64,000 bases of DNA from NCBI GenBank assembly GCA_963787835.1, contig CAWBEI010000003.1:288001-352000 (forward strand), written 5' to 3'. This DNA comes from Ignavibacteriota bacterium. GTDB taxonomy: Bacteria; Bacteroidota; Ignavibacteria; Palsa-1295. The position numbers and the translations under genes were made by a program. The stretch's first letter is position 1; every line of letters begins with the position of its first letter. The notes below the pieces were generated by a model. It was not told the DNA's origin, searched no databases, and saw only the letters and a list, made by a program, of their open reading frames with translations. Of the stretch, positions 40,702 to 51,064 are shown in pieces.

Positions 40702-42048
40702 ATGTTTGAATCACTATCCTCCCGTTTCGAGGACGTCTATAAAAAAATTCGCGGCCATGCACGGCTGACAGAAAGCAACGTCGCCGATATTGCCCGCGAT
40801 CTGCGCCGCACCTTGCTCGACGCCGACGTCAATTACAAGGTCGCCAAGAAATTCGTTGACGATGTGCAGGCCAAGGCGCTCGGCGCCGACGTGCTCCGTT
40901 CTATCAACCCGGAGCAGCAGTTCATCAAGATCCTCTATGACGAACTCGTCCTCATCATGGGCGAGACCTCGAAGGACATTGGCTTTGCACCGCAGCCGCC
41001 GACCATCATCATGGTCTGCGGATTGCAAGGTTCCGGTAAAACGACGTTTTCCGCCAAACTTGCTAATCTTCTCAAAGCGAAGAACCGCAAGCCGTTGCTT
41101 ATCGCTGCCGATATTTATCGCCCCGCCGCTATCGAGCAGTTGAAATTGCTCGGCCTGCAGATCGAGGTTCCCGTTTTTTCCATCGATGGCGAAAAAAATG
41201 CGGTAAAGATCGCCGAAGAAGGTCTCCGTTTCGCTCGCGAACATGCCAACGAAACCATCATCATCGACACTGCCGGACGCCTCACCATCGATGAAGTGAT
41301 GATGCAGGAAGTCGCTGACATTAAATCCCACGTCAAGCCACACGAAATCCTTTTCGTCTGTGATGCGATGATCGGACAGGATGCCGTAACGACGGCCAAG
41401 GCGTTCCACGACAAACTGAAATTCGATGGCGTCGTCCTCACCAAAATGGATGGCGATGCTCGCGGCGGCGCGGCGCTTTCGGTGCGTTCGATTGTCAATG
41501 AGCCGATCAAGTACATTTCGACGGGTGAAAAACTCGATGCCATCGAGCTGTTCCATCCCGACCGCATGGCTTCGCGAATTTTGGGCATGGGCGATGTCGT
41601 GTCGCTCGTCGAAAAGGTCGAGGCGCAGATTTCGGAAGAGGAAGCGAAGAAAGTCGAAGAGAAACTTCGCAAAGCGGAGTTCACCTTCGATGATTTCCTC
41701 ACCCAGCTTGGCCACATCAAAAAGATGGGTTCCATGCGCGATCTGCTTTCCATGATCCCCGGCGTAAATTCCGCGATGCTCGGCGATAACAGCTTCGACG
41801 ACAAAGCCATGGCCCGCGTCGAAGCCATCGTCCATTCGATGACAAAGGACGAACGCCGGTTCCCAAGCCTTCTGAATGGCCCGCGCCGCGCCCGTATTGC
41901 GCTCGGTTCGGGAACCAGCGTCCAGGAGGTGAACCGCTTAGTAAAGCAGTTCACCGAAATGCAGAAAATGATCAAAAAGATGTCGCGCGGTAAAATGTCC
42001 AATCAGGTCAAGGATCTGATGAAAGCCAAAGTGCCGGTGGACGCGTAG
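40702..42048 (+). CDS. ffh: Signal recognition particle protein
   Basis: GLQGSGKTT, DTAGR, TKMDGDARGG, FHPDRMASRILGMGD, Met-rich M domain. Confidence 0.98.
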   Translation: MFESLSSRFEDVYKKIRGHARLTESNVADIARDLRRTLLDADVNYKVAKKFVDDVQAKALGADVLRSINPEQQFIKILYDELVLIMGETSKDIGFAPQPPTIIMVCGLQGSGKTTFSAKLANLLKAKNRKPLLIAADIYRPAAIEQLKLLGLQIEVPVFSIDGEKNAVKIAEEGLRFAREHANETIIIDTAGRLTIDEVMMQEVADIKSHVKPHEILFVCDAMIGQDAVTTAKAFHDKLKFDGVVLTKMDGDARGGAALSVRSIVNEPIKYISTGEKLDAIELFHPDRMASRILGMGDVVSLVEKVEAQISEEEAKKVEEKLRKAEFTFDDFLTQLGHIKKMGSMRDLLSMIPGVNSAMLGDNSFDDKAMARVEAIVHSMTKDERRFPSLLNGPRRARIALGSGTSVQEVNRLVKQFTEMQKMIKKMSRGKMSNQVKDLMKAKVPVDA

Positions 42049-42092
42049 CAAAGTGCTGGAATTTTTATCTGCCCTTTCAGAGTTAAGTGTGC

Positions 42093-42347
42093 ATGGAAAC
42101 CCAAGCTTTCGGTTCATCCGCAAGAGATGAAATGTTCATGAGGATCGTCTCCGATCCCGATACATTGCATGGTAAACCGCGCATCAAGGGAACGCGCATC
42201 CCGGTGTATCTTATTGTCCAGCTTATCGCTGCCGGCGAGAGCATTCCTGCAATACTCGAAGACTACCCTTCCCTGACGAATGAAGACATCAAAGCTGCCC
42301 TGCAATATGCTGCAAAACTTGCAGAATACGAAGCCTACGCGATATGA
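42093..42347 (+). CDS. DUF433 antitoxin-like protein
   Basis: GKPRIKGTRIPV...ILEDYPSLT..DIKAALQYA. Confidence 0.9.
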   Translation: METQAFGSSARDEMFMRIVSDPDTLHGKPRIKGTRIPVYLIVQLIAAGESIPAILEDYPSLTNEDIKAALQYAAKLAEYEAYAI

Positions 42348-42715
42348 GTGCTTCGGCGTTCCTGCTCGATGAGAACATTCCCTATTCCCACATCGCATTT
42401 CTTGAAAAACGTGGATACACCACGCATCATGTACGCAAGCTTGGAAAAGCGGGAATACGAAACGGTGAAGTCTATGCATTGGCAGTCAGCTTATCTGCGT
42501 GGATCGTCACGCGAGATAAGGACTTCCGAAATCTCGTAAAGTTCTTATCCTACGACGTTCCAGGAATTATTGTGATCGAGTCGGAGACAGAATTAACACG
42601 CGCTCAAATTGTGCAGGTCTTTGACCGCTTTCTCCCAAAGTTCGAAGACTTGAAAACAGAGAAGAGACTTATACTGATCGAAGACGATGAGATCCGAGTG
42701 CTTAGTGATGGATAA
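42344..42715 (+). CDS. DUF5615 PIN-like toxin
   Basis: FLLDENI, IVTRDKDF; 4-nt overlap with the DUF433 gene. Confidence 0.85.
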   Translation: MSASAFLLDENIPYSHIAFLEKRGYTTHHVRKLGKAGIRNGEVYALAVSLSAWIVTRDKDFRNLVKFLSYDVPGIIVIESETELTRAQIVQVFDRFLPKFEDLKTEKRLILIEDDEIRVLSDG

Positions 42716-42814
42716 TTATCCCCATCCCATTCATCCCACGCTTCAATCACCACCTATGGTGCGCATTAATCACGGTTCAGACATTCCCCCTTCTTGCCTC
42801 CCCATCCTTCCCTT

Positions 42815-42870
42815 ATCCTGAAAATCCCGGAAATCGTGGTCAATCCGGGAAATCCTGTAAATCGTGGTCC
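42815..42870 (+). repeat. ATCC short tandem repeat, right of the TA pair
   Basis: Two AAATCGTGGTC units; matches 40665-40682. Confidence 0.65.
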
Positions 42871-42968
42871 ATCTTTCTTCTTTTCCCCACGTTCCCTTCC
42901 CCAAAAATGCATGCCGCAAAGGGTGATGGAAAAGCGAACTTAACCAAAGATTAGGGCATTAGTATTGC

Positions 42969-44684
42969 ATGTTAGTGAGGGTAGTCTTTTGCATAATTAC
43001 GCTTTGTGGGTCGCTCCCAGTCACCCCTTCTTCCGCGCAAACTGAGCAAGGTGCGTATGGCAAGGAATTTTATCTTGCATTTGGCCCAAATGAGGGAGGA
43101 GAAGGCACTCCGTCCACACAGGATGTTGATGAGGTCTACATTACAAGCCAGGTTCCTACCCAGGGCATCATAGAAATTCTTGCGCTCAACTATTTTCAAA
43201 CGTTTACAACGGTACCGGGGCAGGTTACAACGATCGAGCTTCCAAATGGAAACAATAATACGCAGACTGTTGAACTTTCCAGCACGGCAGATCAACAAGT
43301 GATCCGCGGAATGGCTGTGCATATCAAAAGTGATAGCGATGTCGCGGTCTTTGGATTAAATCACAAATTATATTCGAGTGATGCGTTCATGGGTCTTCCG
43401 AATAATGTTCTCGGCACCGAATACCGCACAATCAATTACAATACTTCTAATAATCTGGGCGATATACTGCCGGGTGAGTTTTGGATTGTTGCTGTTAATG
43501 ACTCGACCAATATCACAATTACCCTCAAAGATATTTCCTCGATCGGAACTAAACCAGATACCCCAATTACCATTCAACTGAATCAAGGGGATGCTTACCT
43601 TGTACAAGGAAGTGTTTCGGACACTGCAAACGACCTCACGGGCAGCCTTATCCGATCGGACAAACCGATCGCGGTCTTCAGTGGCCATGAACGCACCGCC
43701 ATTCCAGATACTGCCATAAATGTTCAGGGCGGGACGAGCCGCGATCACCTTGTCGAAGAACTCGTGCCCGTTGCTGCTTGGGGCGATAGCGCTATTGTGG
43801 TACCGTTTGCTACTTCTGAGCTGTCAGATCTTGTCCGGATCGTGTGTGCGAAGGATAGCACACAAATTTCTGTCAACGGAACACTTGTTCCAAAAATATT
43901 AAATGCCGGAGATTTTTACGAGATCACACATCTTCAAGGCGCAACATCGATCCTGACATCTAAGCCGATCGAAGTTGGGCAATATATGCATTCGAGCCTG
44001 GGAAGTCTGGGTGATCCCAACGTCCCCGCTTATGGCGACCCTGCTCTTTCGCTCGTGTTTCCGATGGAACAGTTTGCCATGAATTACACAATTGTGAGCA
44101 TTGTAAACCCGAATTCATTCACTGAAAACTTTGTGAACATTGTTGCTCCGGCCGATACACTCGCGAACGTGCTAATCGATGGTGCTCAGATTGAGACTTC
44201 TGAGTTTCACTCGATACCCAATACTCGATTTGCGTATGCGCAGCATCAGATAACACAAGGATCGCATAACCTTTCGAGCACAAGGCCATTCGGAGTAACA
44301 GTGTATGCCCTCGGGCCGGTCGATAGCTATGCCTATCCCGGTGCTGTTCTCATTCCCGCGACGTACTCACTAACCTCGATTGTCGGTGCAACAAATGCAG
44401 CTGGTTTTTCAATTGTGAGCGCGTGGCCAGACCCAATTTCATCCTCCGACAATCGGGATGTGCTGGTTCGTTATCAAACGCAAGTTCCCACTCACGCGAC
44501 ATGTACCGTTTGGGATGAACTTGGCCGCAAGACCGGTTCTCTGAACGTACTGCTCTCCGCTCCAAGCGGAGATATACATATTCCCCATTCATTTCTACCT
44601 AAATCAGGAACCGCAACGATTGAAGTAATGCAGCAAACGGATAATGGCCCGATCTTCCAAAGGGTTAGAGTTCAAGTTGAGTAA
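42969..44684 (+). CDS. IgGFc-binding-domain secreted protein with degenerate T9SS CTD
   Basis: GKEFYLAF, SDKPIAVFSGH, DHLVEEL.PV.AWG, GDPAL, SYAYP. Confidence 0.8.
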   Translation: MLVRVVFCIITLCGSLPVTPSSAQTEQGAYGKEFYLAFGPNEGGEGTPSTQDVDEVYITSQVPTQGIIEILALNYFQTFTTVPGQVTTIELPNGNNNTQTVELSSTADQQVIRGMAVHIKSDSDVAVFGLNHKLYSSDAFMGLPNNVLGTEYRTINYNTSNNLGDILPGEFWIVAVNDSTNITITLKDISSIGTKPDTPITIQLNQGDAYLVQGSVSDTANDLTGSLIRSDKPIAVFSGHERTAIPDTAINVQGGTSRDHLVEELVPVAAWGDSAIVVPFATSELSDLVRIVCAKDSTQISVNGTLVPKILNAGDFYEITHLQGATSILTSKPIEVGQYMHSSLGSLGDPNVPAYGDPALSLVFPMEQFAMNYTIVSIVNPNSFTENFVNIVAPADTLANVLIDGAQIETSEFHSIPNTRFAYAQHQITQGSHNLSSTRPFGVTVYALGPVDSYAYPGAVLIPATYSLTSIVGATNAAGFSIVSAWPDPISSSDNRDVLVRYQTQVPTHATCTVWDELGRKTGSLNVLLSAPSGDIHIPHSFLPKSGTATIEVMQQTDNGPIFQRVRVQVE

Positions 44685-44693
44685 GGCATAGTA

Positions 44694-44753
44694 TCACAAC
44701 CCCACCCTCTCAAAAATCCTATCGACGTGCTTGGTGGCTTGTGCGGGGTCGAA
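44694..44753 (-). repeat. Duplicate of the purB 3' end
   Basis: 51 of 57 nt identical to 45229-45285; encodes FDPAQATKHVDRIFERVGL-stop. Confidence 0.9.
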
Positions 44754-44757
44754 CGTA

Positions 44758-44949
44758 TTATAGCCCCAGCGTTTTGCGAAATTCCTCGTAGGGAACTCCG
44801 GGATCGTCCGCGTTCACTCGCATGGCTTCTTCGAGGTCGAGGAGGTCTTCGTAATCCTCGGCCTTTTCCTTTAGGGATTTAAATTCGTCTTTCGGCAGAA
44901 CGACAACCGGCGTCCCGTTCTCGATTCTTTCCGTTGCGTGTAAGTACAT
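44758..44949 (-). CDS. Putative antitoxin
   Basis: 63 aa acidic, VVVLP..EF..L.E..EDYEDL, downstream of relE-like gene. Confidence 0.75.
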   Translation of the reverse strand: MYLHATERIENGTPVVVLPKDEFKSLKEKAEDYEDLLDLEEAMRVNADDPGVPYEEFRKTLGL

Positions 44950-44961
44950 GATCTTTTACTC

Positions 44962-45210
44962 CTATCTGTAAGCGTCTTTCCGAGGTTTGATCGAATGGAT
45001 GACGATCTGAGTGCCCTCGATTTCGAACAGCACCCGATAACGTCCTACCCTTAGTCTATATCGCGGGATGAAGTTCTTTAGTTTCTTGACATCCCCGGTA
45101 AGGTCGTTCTCGAGCTTAAGAATTGCCGTGTCGATGCGTTCTTGTTCAACGGCTGGAAGCGCTGCAAGTTCCTTGCGCGCTTCTTTCTTAATTATGATAT
45201 TATATCTCAT
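44962..45210 (-). CDS. RelE/ParE-family toxin
   Basis: VKKLK...YRLRVGRYRVLF...RKDAYR. Confidence 0.9.
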   Translation of the reverse strand: MRYNIIIKKEARKELAALPAVEQERIDTAILKLENDLTGDVKKLKNFIPRYRLRVGRYRVLFEIEGTQIVIHSIKPRKDAYR

Positions 45211-45222
45211 GACAAGGGCTCA

Positions 45223-46539
45223 TTAGACTAACCCCACCCGCTCAAAGATCCTATCGACATGCTTGGTGGCTTGCGCGGGATCGAAGGCTTTATCGAGATC
45301 GGCTGTGGAGAGGCGTCCGGCTACGTCAGCGTCTTGTTCGATGAGTTTGCGGAATGTTATTTCGGGCTGCGCGCCACTGGCGGCAAGTTCCCACACTTTC
45401 ATCGCGTTGCGCTGGACTATTTTGTAGGACTCTTCGCGAGAAAGTCCCGATTTAGCGAGCAACAACAGCAGCGGCTGGCTAAATACGAGTCCGCGCGTGA
45501 GATCTAAGTTCCTTCGCATTGCTTCGGGATAAACGAACATCGTTTGCACCGAATTTGCCATGAGCGACAGCATATAATCGAGCGCGATCGTTGCGTCCGG
45601 CCCAATGACGCGCTCGGTAGAGGAGTGCGAAATGTCGCGCTCGTGCCACAGCGCCACGTTCTCCATTGCGGTAACAGCATAGCCGCGCAGCAGCCGCGCC
45701 AGACCTGACACGCGTTCCCATGTGATCGGATTGCGTTTGTGCGGCATCGCGCTGGAGCCTTTTTGTCCTTTAGCAAAAAATTCTTCCACCTCGCGAACTT
45801 CCGTTCGCTGCAAATGGCGCAGTTCCGTCGCAATTTTTTCGAGACTCGCACCAACGAGAGCGATAGCAGTGAAAAACTCGGCGTGTCTATCTCGCTGCAC
45901 TATCTGCGTGGAAACCGGCGCAGCCTCCAAGCCTAATTTTGCGCATACATATTCCTCCACGCTGGGATCCAAATGCTCGAACGTACCAACCGCTCCGGAA
46001 ATCTTCCCTACGGAGATCGTTTTTACAGCATGTTCCATGCGCTCCTTTGCGCGTTTCATTTCCGCATAAAGCACCGCGAGCTTTATTCCAAATGTCGTCG
46101 GCTCAGCATGAATGCCATGCGTTCGCCCGATCATGGGCGTGTGCTTAAATTCCCGCGCTCTCGCACCCAGCGCATCGATGAGCTTTTGTATCCCATCCAA
46201 CAATAACCTACCCGCCTGCATACACTGCACCGAGAACGCGGTATCGACCACATCGCTCGAAGTCATGCCGAGATGGATAAATCTTGAATCCGGCCCAACG
46301 GATTCTGCCACGTTTGTGAGAAAAGCAATGACATCGTGCTTCGTCTCGCGCTCGATCTCATCAATGCGCGCGGCCTGGAATGTCGCGATCGGGCGTATTT
46401 TCGCCGAAGTGCCGATCGGCACAATGCCCAACTGCTCCTGCTTTTCCATGGCGAGCAGTTCGATCTCGAGCCATATCTTGTATTTGTTATCTTCGGTCCA
46501 GATGGCCCCCATTTCGGGGCGTGTGTAGCGTGGGATCAT
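45223..46539 (-). CDS. purB: Adenylosuccinate lyase
   Basis: MIPRYTR, HLGMTSSD, GRTHGIHAEP, GSSAMPHKRNP. Confidence 0.98.
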   Translation of the reverse strand: MIPRYTRPEMGAIWTEDNKYKIWLEIELLAMEKQEQLGIVPIGTSAKIRPIATFQAARIDEIERETKHDVIAFLTNVAESVGPDSRFIHLGMTSSDVVDTAFSVQCMQAGRLLLDGIQKLIDALGARAREFKHTPMIGRTHGIHAEPTTFGIKLAVLYAEMKRAKERMEHAVKTISVGKISGAVGTFEHLDPSVEEYVCAKLGLEAAPVSTQIVQRDRHAEFFTAIALVGASLEKIATELRHLQRTEVREVEEFFAKGQKGSSAMPHKRNPITWERVSGLARLLRGYAVTAMENVALWHERDISHSSTERVIGPDATIALDYMLSLMANSVQTMFVYPEAMRRNLDLTRGLVFSQPLLLLLAKSGLSREESYKIVQRNAMKVWELAASGAQPEITFRKLIEQDADVAGRLSTADLDKAFDPAQATKHVDRIFERVGLV

Positions 46540-46625
46540 GAATTCGGTTTATTTTTTAAGAATTGTGATGATGCGATTAACATAAATGGGGTTTGCTTAG
46601 TGGCAATGTCGTAATTTTGTAGGAA

Positions 46626-47342
46626 ATGTCTGAAACACCACTTGCCTGGATTGTCGGCGGCTCGCGCGGAATCGGCTTTGCCTGCGCAGAAGCGCTCGGC
46701 GCGGAGGGGTATGCCATAGCCCTTTCAAGCAAAACCAAAACCGCCCTCGATGCATCAGATGTAAAACTTCGAGAGCATGGAATCGACGTGACACCCTTCA
46801 CATGCGATATTACGGAAGAGGAAAATGTCACTTCGACATACAGCCAAATCAAGCGTGTATTCGGTCGTGCGCCGGATGTGCTCATCAATAGCGCGGGAAT
46901 TTCTCCATGGAGCACATTCACGGAAACAAGCACTAAAGAATTCGATGAAGTCCTTGCGATCAACACAAAGGGAATGTTTCTGACCTCGCGCGAAGTCTTA
47001 GCGGATATGTATGCGCGGAAATCAGGTGCCATCGTCCAGATCCTTTCCGTTGCAGCACTCAAAGGATATAAGAATGGCGCGGCGTATGTAGCAAGTAAAT
47101 TCTCGTCGCTCGGATTTACAAATTCGTTGCGTGAGGAAGCGCGACAGCACGGTGTGCGCGTTATCTCCGTGTTTCCCGGTGCAACAGAAACGGAACTTTG
47201 GAGTGAACACCAGCGTGAGAAATATCATGAACGCATGATGCAACCGGGGGACATCGCGCTGGAAATTGTATCTGCTCTAAAATTGTCAAGCCGCGCACTA
47301 GTGGAAGAAATTGTGTTGAGACCTATTCACGGTGATCTTTAA
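46626..47342 (+). CDS. Short-chain dehydrogenase/reductase
   Basis: GGSRGIG, NSAG, YVASK. Confidence 0.9.
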   Translation: MSETPLAWIVGGSRGIGFACAEALGAEGYAIALSSKTKTALDASDVKLREHGIDVTPFTCDITEEENVTSTYSQIKRVFGRAPDVLINSAGISPWSTFTETSTKEFDEVLAINTKGMFLTSREVLADMYARKSGAIVQILSVAALKGYKNGAAYVASKFSSLGFTNSLREEARQHGVRVISVFPGATETELWSEHQREKYHERMMQPGDIALEIVSALKLSSRALVEEIVLRPIHGDL

Positions 47343-47345
47343 CTC

Positions 47346-49025
47346 ATGCAAGCATTGAATACCAAGTGGACTCTGAAACGAGGCGGCGCCATCCATGCGC
47401 CGCACGGCACCACGCTTTCCTGTAAAGGCTGGCAGCAGGAAGCGGCCATGCGAATGCTAATGAACAATCTCGACCCCGATGTGGCCGAGCGCCCCGAAGA
47501 ATTGATCGTCTATGGTGGCTCCGGCAAAGCGGCCCGTAATTGGGAATGTTACGATGCGATCGTTCGGGAATTGCAATCGCTGGAAAACGACGAGACCCTC
47601 CTTGTGCAATCTGGCAAACCTGTTGGTGTTTTGAAGTCGTATCCGACAACGCCGCGCGTTGTGATAAGCAATTCTCAGCTTGTCCCCCACTGGGCAACAT
47701 GGGACGAATTCCGACGTCTCGAACAGCTCGGCCTCACCATGTTCGGCCAAATGACCGCCGGAAGCTGGATCTACATTGGCAGTCAGGGCATCGTGCAAGG
47801 CACCTTCGAGACATTAATGGCCTGTGCAAATAAACATTTTGGCGGTTTGTTATCAGGAAAGATCGTTCTTACCGCCGGACTTGGTGGAATGGGTGGCGCA
47901 CAGCCGCTTGCCGCTACCATGGCCGGCGCAGCGTTCCTCGGTGTGGAAATAGATGAAGCCCGCATCCAAAAACGTATCGCGTCAGGATATTGCGACCGAA
48001 TGACGAGCAGTCTCGATGAAGCGCTTGAAATAGTTACAAACGCAAAAGAACGGGGTGAAGCGATCTCTGCCGCACTTCTCGGAAACGCGGCGGAAATCCA
48101 TCCCGAACTGGTATGTCGCGGTTTTATCCCGGATATAGTTACCGACCAAACCAGTGCGCATGATGTGCTCAATGGTTATTATCCCGCCGGCTTTACTAAG
48201 GATGAAGCCGATGCTCTGCGAATAAACGATCCCGAGCGATACATGGCTGAAGCGCGCAAATCCATTGTAATCCATGTCGAGGCAATGCTCGAAATGCAGC
48301 GGCGTGGTGCGATCGCCTTCGATTATGGCAACAATATTCGCGGCGAAGCAAAGGCAAACGGCCTCGCCAAGGCGTTCGATATTCCCGGATTTGTACCGGA
48401 GTATATTAGACCTTTATTTTGCGAAGGAAAAGGGCCGTTTCGGTGGGTTGCCCTCTCTGGGGATCCCGAAGATATTCTCACCACAGACCGGGAACTACTG
48501 AAATTATTCCCGAATGACGAAACCCTCCATCGCTGGATACCGCTGGCACAAAAGCATATCCATTTTCAGGGATTGCCTGCGAGAATCTGTTGGCTTGGGA
48601 TGGGTGCTCGAGCAAAAGCTGGATTGTTGTTCAATCAACTTGTTCGTGAGGGCAAAGTGTCCGCCCCGATCGTAATTGGCCGTGACCATTTGGATACCGG
48701 AAGCGTCGCCAGCCCCAACCGCGAGACCGAGGGGATGCTCGACGGCAGTGATGCCATCGCCGATTGGCCTGTCCTTAACTTTGCAATGAATGCAATCGGT
48801 GGAGCAACGTGGGTTTCTTTACATCATGGAGGGGGTGTAGGAATAGGCAATTCTATTCATGCAGGAATGGTTATCGTCTGCGATGGTAAACTGGAAACCG
48901 ACGAACGTCTCTCGCGGGTTCTAACCTACGATCCCGCACTCGGGCTCCTGCGTCATGCGGACGCGGGTTACCAAACAGCCCGCAACGAAGCACAGCTCCA
49001 CGGCTTGATTATTCCCATGAACTAA
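47346..49025 (+). CDS. hutU: Urocanate hydratase
   Basis: [34 protein letters not shown]. Confidence 0.98.
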   Translation: MQALNTKWTLKRGGAIHAPHGTTLSCKGWQQEAAMRMLMNNLDPDVAERPEELIVYGGSGKAARNWECYDAIVRELQSLENDETLLVQSGKPVGVLKSYPTTPRVVISNSQLVPHWATWDEFRRLEQLGLTMFGQMTAGSWIYIGSQGIVQGTFETLMACANKHFGGLLSGKIVLTAGLGGMGGAQPLAATMAGAAFLGVEIDEARIQKRIASGYCDRMTSSLDEALEIVTNAKERGEAISAALLGNAAEIHPELVCRGFIPDIVTDQTSAHDVLNGYYPAGFTKDEADALRINDPERYMAEARKSIVIHVEAMLEMQRRGAIAFDYGNNIRGEAKANGLAKAFDIPGFVPEYIRPLFCEGKGPFRWVALSGDPEDILTTDRELLKLFPNDETLHRWIPLAQKHIHFQGLPARICWLGMGARAKAGLLFNQLVREGKVSAPIVIGRDHLDTGSVASPNRETEGMLDGSDAIADWPVLNFAMNAIGGATWVSLHHGGGVGIGNSIHAGMVIVCDGKLETDERLSRVLTYDPALGLLRHADAGYQTARNEAQLHGLIIPMN

Positions 49026-49029
49026 GTTT

Positions 49030-50682
49030 ATGCTCGACGAAACCACAGGACTTGGAGAACGCCGTGCGCGAACGATCGTGATCGTCGTGCTTGTGGCCGA
49101 AACGCTGTGGGTGTTTTTGACGAAATATTTGCCGCTCGATTCCGGACTCTGGGCATTGCAAGCCGAGCTTGTACGCCAACACCTTGCCGGGCATGTTCAT
49201 GATGGTTGGAAGCTTATTCCCTACCCAGCATCCAATATCGGCGCGCCGATCTTGTCAGCAGTATTAACCGTGTTGTTCCCAGGAGAAGTAACCATCCGGA
49301 TCATGCTCACATTGGGAGCTATTTTTGCTCGCGGTATGGGAATGCTTTCACTCTTTCGCGTACTCCGGGTTCGCGATGCCGCCATCTATTTCCTCATTCC
49401 CGTTCTTGCCATGACCGGCCTCTGGTTTACCGGCGCACTACCCTACTTGATGGCGGAAACGCTTGCGCTTTGGGTGCTCGTTTATTTTTTGTCGCAAGAT
49501 CACCCCAGGGCCACTGCGTATTGGATCTTGAGCATAGGATTGTTGTGCATTTCCCTCTTGAGCGGCCTTGTGTTTCTCCTGATGGCCGTTGTGGTGATAA
49601 TGATCATGCTCGAACAGCGCCGAAGCGTGCATCTTTCTCAAGGATGGCTGAATGAGCCTCGCGCCGTATTAAGTTTGCTCGGACTGGGCACACTCGCCTT
49701 GATTCTGGCATTCCTTGCCGGCGAGCCGATTCTACGGTTATCCTCTACTGGATTCCTTCCCACTGGACTTTCAAGACTTCTGTTCCTCATAACCCCCGCA
49801 CCTCGTGTTCTGGAAGCAACGTTTCGCTATGGGGATATTCTTCATGCCCTCGTTACACTGCTGTTCATTTTGGTACTGCTTGGGTGTTTTGCACGAGCCT
49901 ACCTGCTGGCCATGGAGGAAGTCACCTGGCAGTCCCGCGCCGTCCGAAGTGCAGGCTATGTGCTCCTCATTCTCGCTTTATGCAGCCCGCTCCTGACCGG
50001 GATCGGGATCGAAACCTCTTCAGGGATCATACTTGCAATTATATTCATTTTGGCGGGTTCGTATTCTCGTGGTCCCGCTGTCCGAAGAACTCCGATGGAT
50101 CGCCTGATCTACGTTTCTACAGTGATCGTCGTGATCGCATCGATAGGAATGAATGCGTTCTCAATCGTGCGCGGCAGCGCTGCGGCACTGGATGTCATCC
50201 ACTCTGCTCGGTCGCTGGTCTCCGGAGAACGAGAAACTACCCGTGAGGATGAGCACCTTCGTGATATCCGAATTCGCTTCGTAATGGATTCCTCGCTTGG
50301 GGCGCATGCCACGTTCGTTGGAACATGCTCCTATTCAGCAACTGCACCAATCTATCTTTTTACTGGCGGCGATGTGCTTGATAATGTCGCTGCTTTCCAG
50401 CCGGCAGGTGGAGCGGTGAGAACTAAAAACTCTGGTAAGTTCTCCGTCAGCCCTGTCATACCGGTGATGCTTGGCTCCGAGGACAAGTATATCGACTCGA
50501 CGGTTCGCATTCTTGCGGCCCTTCCAATGGGATCACTTGTTTCGAATTCTTTCGGGCCGTTCGAACTATCGATCGTCGAGGATGCAAAAATTAATATTGA
50601 TAAAGGCGAAACACAATTTCATCTCGGGATCGGGAAATTACGAGCCGGCCGCCCCATCGAGATGGCTCAATTCAAGAAATAA
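49030..50682 (+). CDS. Polytopic membrane hypothetical protein
   Basis: About 12 hydrophobic segments followed by a soluble C-terminal domain. Confidence 0.7.
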   Translation: MLDETTGLGERRARTIVIVVLVAETLWVFLTKYLPLDSGLWALQAELVRQHLAGHVHDGWKLIPYPASNIGAPILSAVLTVLFPGEVTIRIMLTLGAIFARGMGMLSLFRVLRVRDAAIYFLIPVLAMTGLWFTGALPYLMAETLALWVLVYFLSQDHPRATAYWILSIGLLCISLLSGLVFLLMAVVVIMIMLEQRRSVHLSQGWLNEPRAVLSLLGLGTLALILAFLAGEPILRLSSTGFLPTGLSRLLFLITPAPRVLEATFRYGDILHALVTLLFILVLLGCFARAYLLAMEEVTWQSRAVRSAGYVLLILALCSPLLTGIGIETSSGIILAIIFILAGSYSRGPAVRRTPMDRLIYVSTVIVVIASIGMNAFSIVRGSAAALDVIHSARSLVSGERETTREDEHLRDIRIRFVMDSSLGAHATFVGTCSYSATAPIYLFTGGDVLDNVAAFQPAGGAVRTKNSGKFSVSPVIPVMLGSEDKYIDSTVRILAALPMGSLVSNSFGPFELSIVEDAKINIDKGETQFHLGIGKLRAGRPIEMAQFKK

Positions 50683-50684
50683 CT

Positions 50685-51023
50685 ATGACTCTATTCGAGA
50701 AGATCGCGAACCATGATATCCCTGCGACCCTTGTATATGAGGATTCTGACATCATCGCGTTCAACGACATAAATCCGCAGGCTCCCTACCACATTGTTAT
50801 TGCTCCACGCAAGCCGATTCCATCGCTCGACTATGTCACGTCTGACGATTCGGAATTATTGGGGAAAATGATCGTCGTGGCAGTCGATCTCGCAAGAAAG
50901 TTTGGCATTTCGGATACGGGTTACCGGCTGGTGTTTAATTGCGGCAAACATGGCGGCCAAACGGTAGATCATCTCCATCTGCATTTGCTCGGTGGCCGGC
51001 AGCTTGGCTGGCCGCCAGGTTGA
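50685..51023 (+). CDS. Histidine triad nucleotide-binding protein
   Basis: DINPQAP, GQTVDHLHLHLLGGR, WPPG. Confidence 0.93.
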   Translation: MTLFEKIANHDIPATLVYEDSDIIAFNDINPQAPYHIVIAPRKPIPSLDYVTSDDSELLGKMIVVAVDLARKFGISDTGYRLVFNCGKHGGQTVDHLHLHLLGGRQLGWPPG

Positions 51024-51064
51024 ATTAATTATTAAGAAGTAAGAGTTAATTGTCAGGAAGTAGG

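Noticed and set aside
40714-42002. Long antisense ORFs (373 and 295 aa) opposite ffh; similar ones opposite DUF164 (28934-29707) and rsfS (58363-59040)
   Set aside because: Shadow frames expected from strong codon bias of the real genes; no recognisable motifs.
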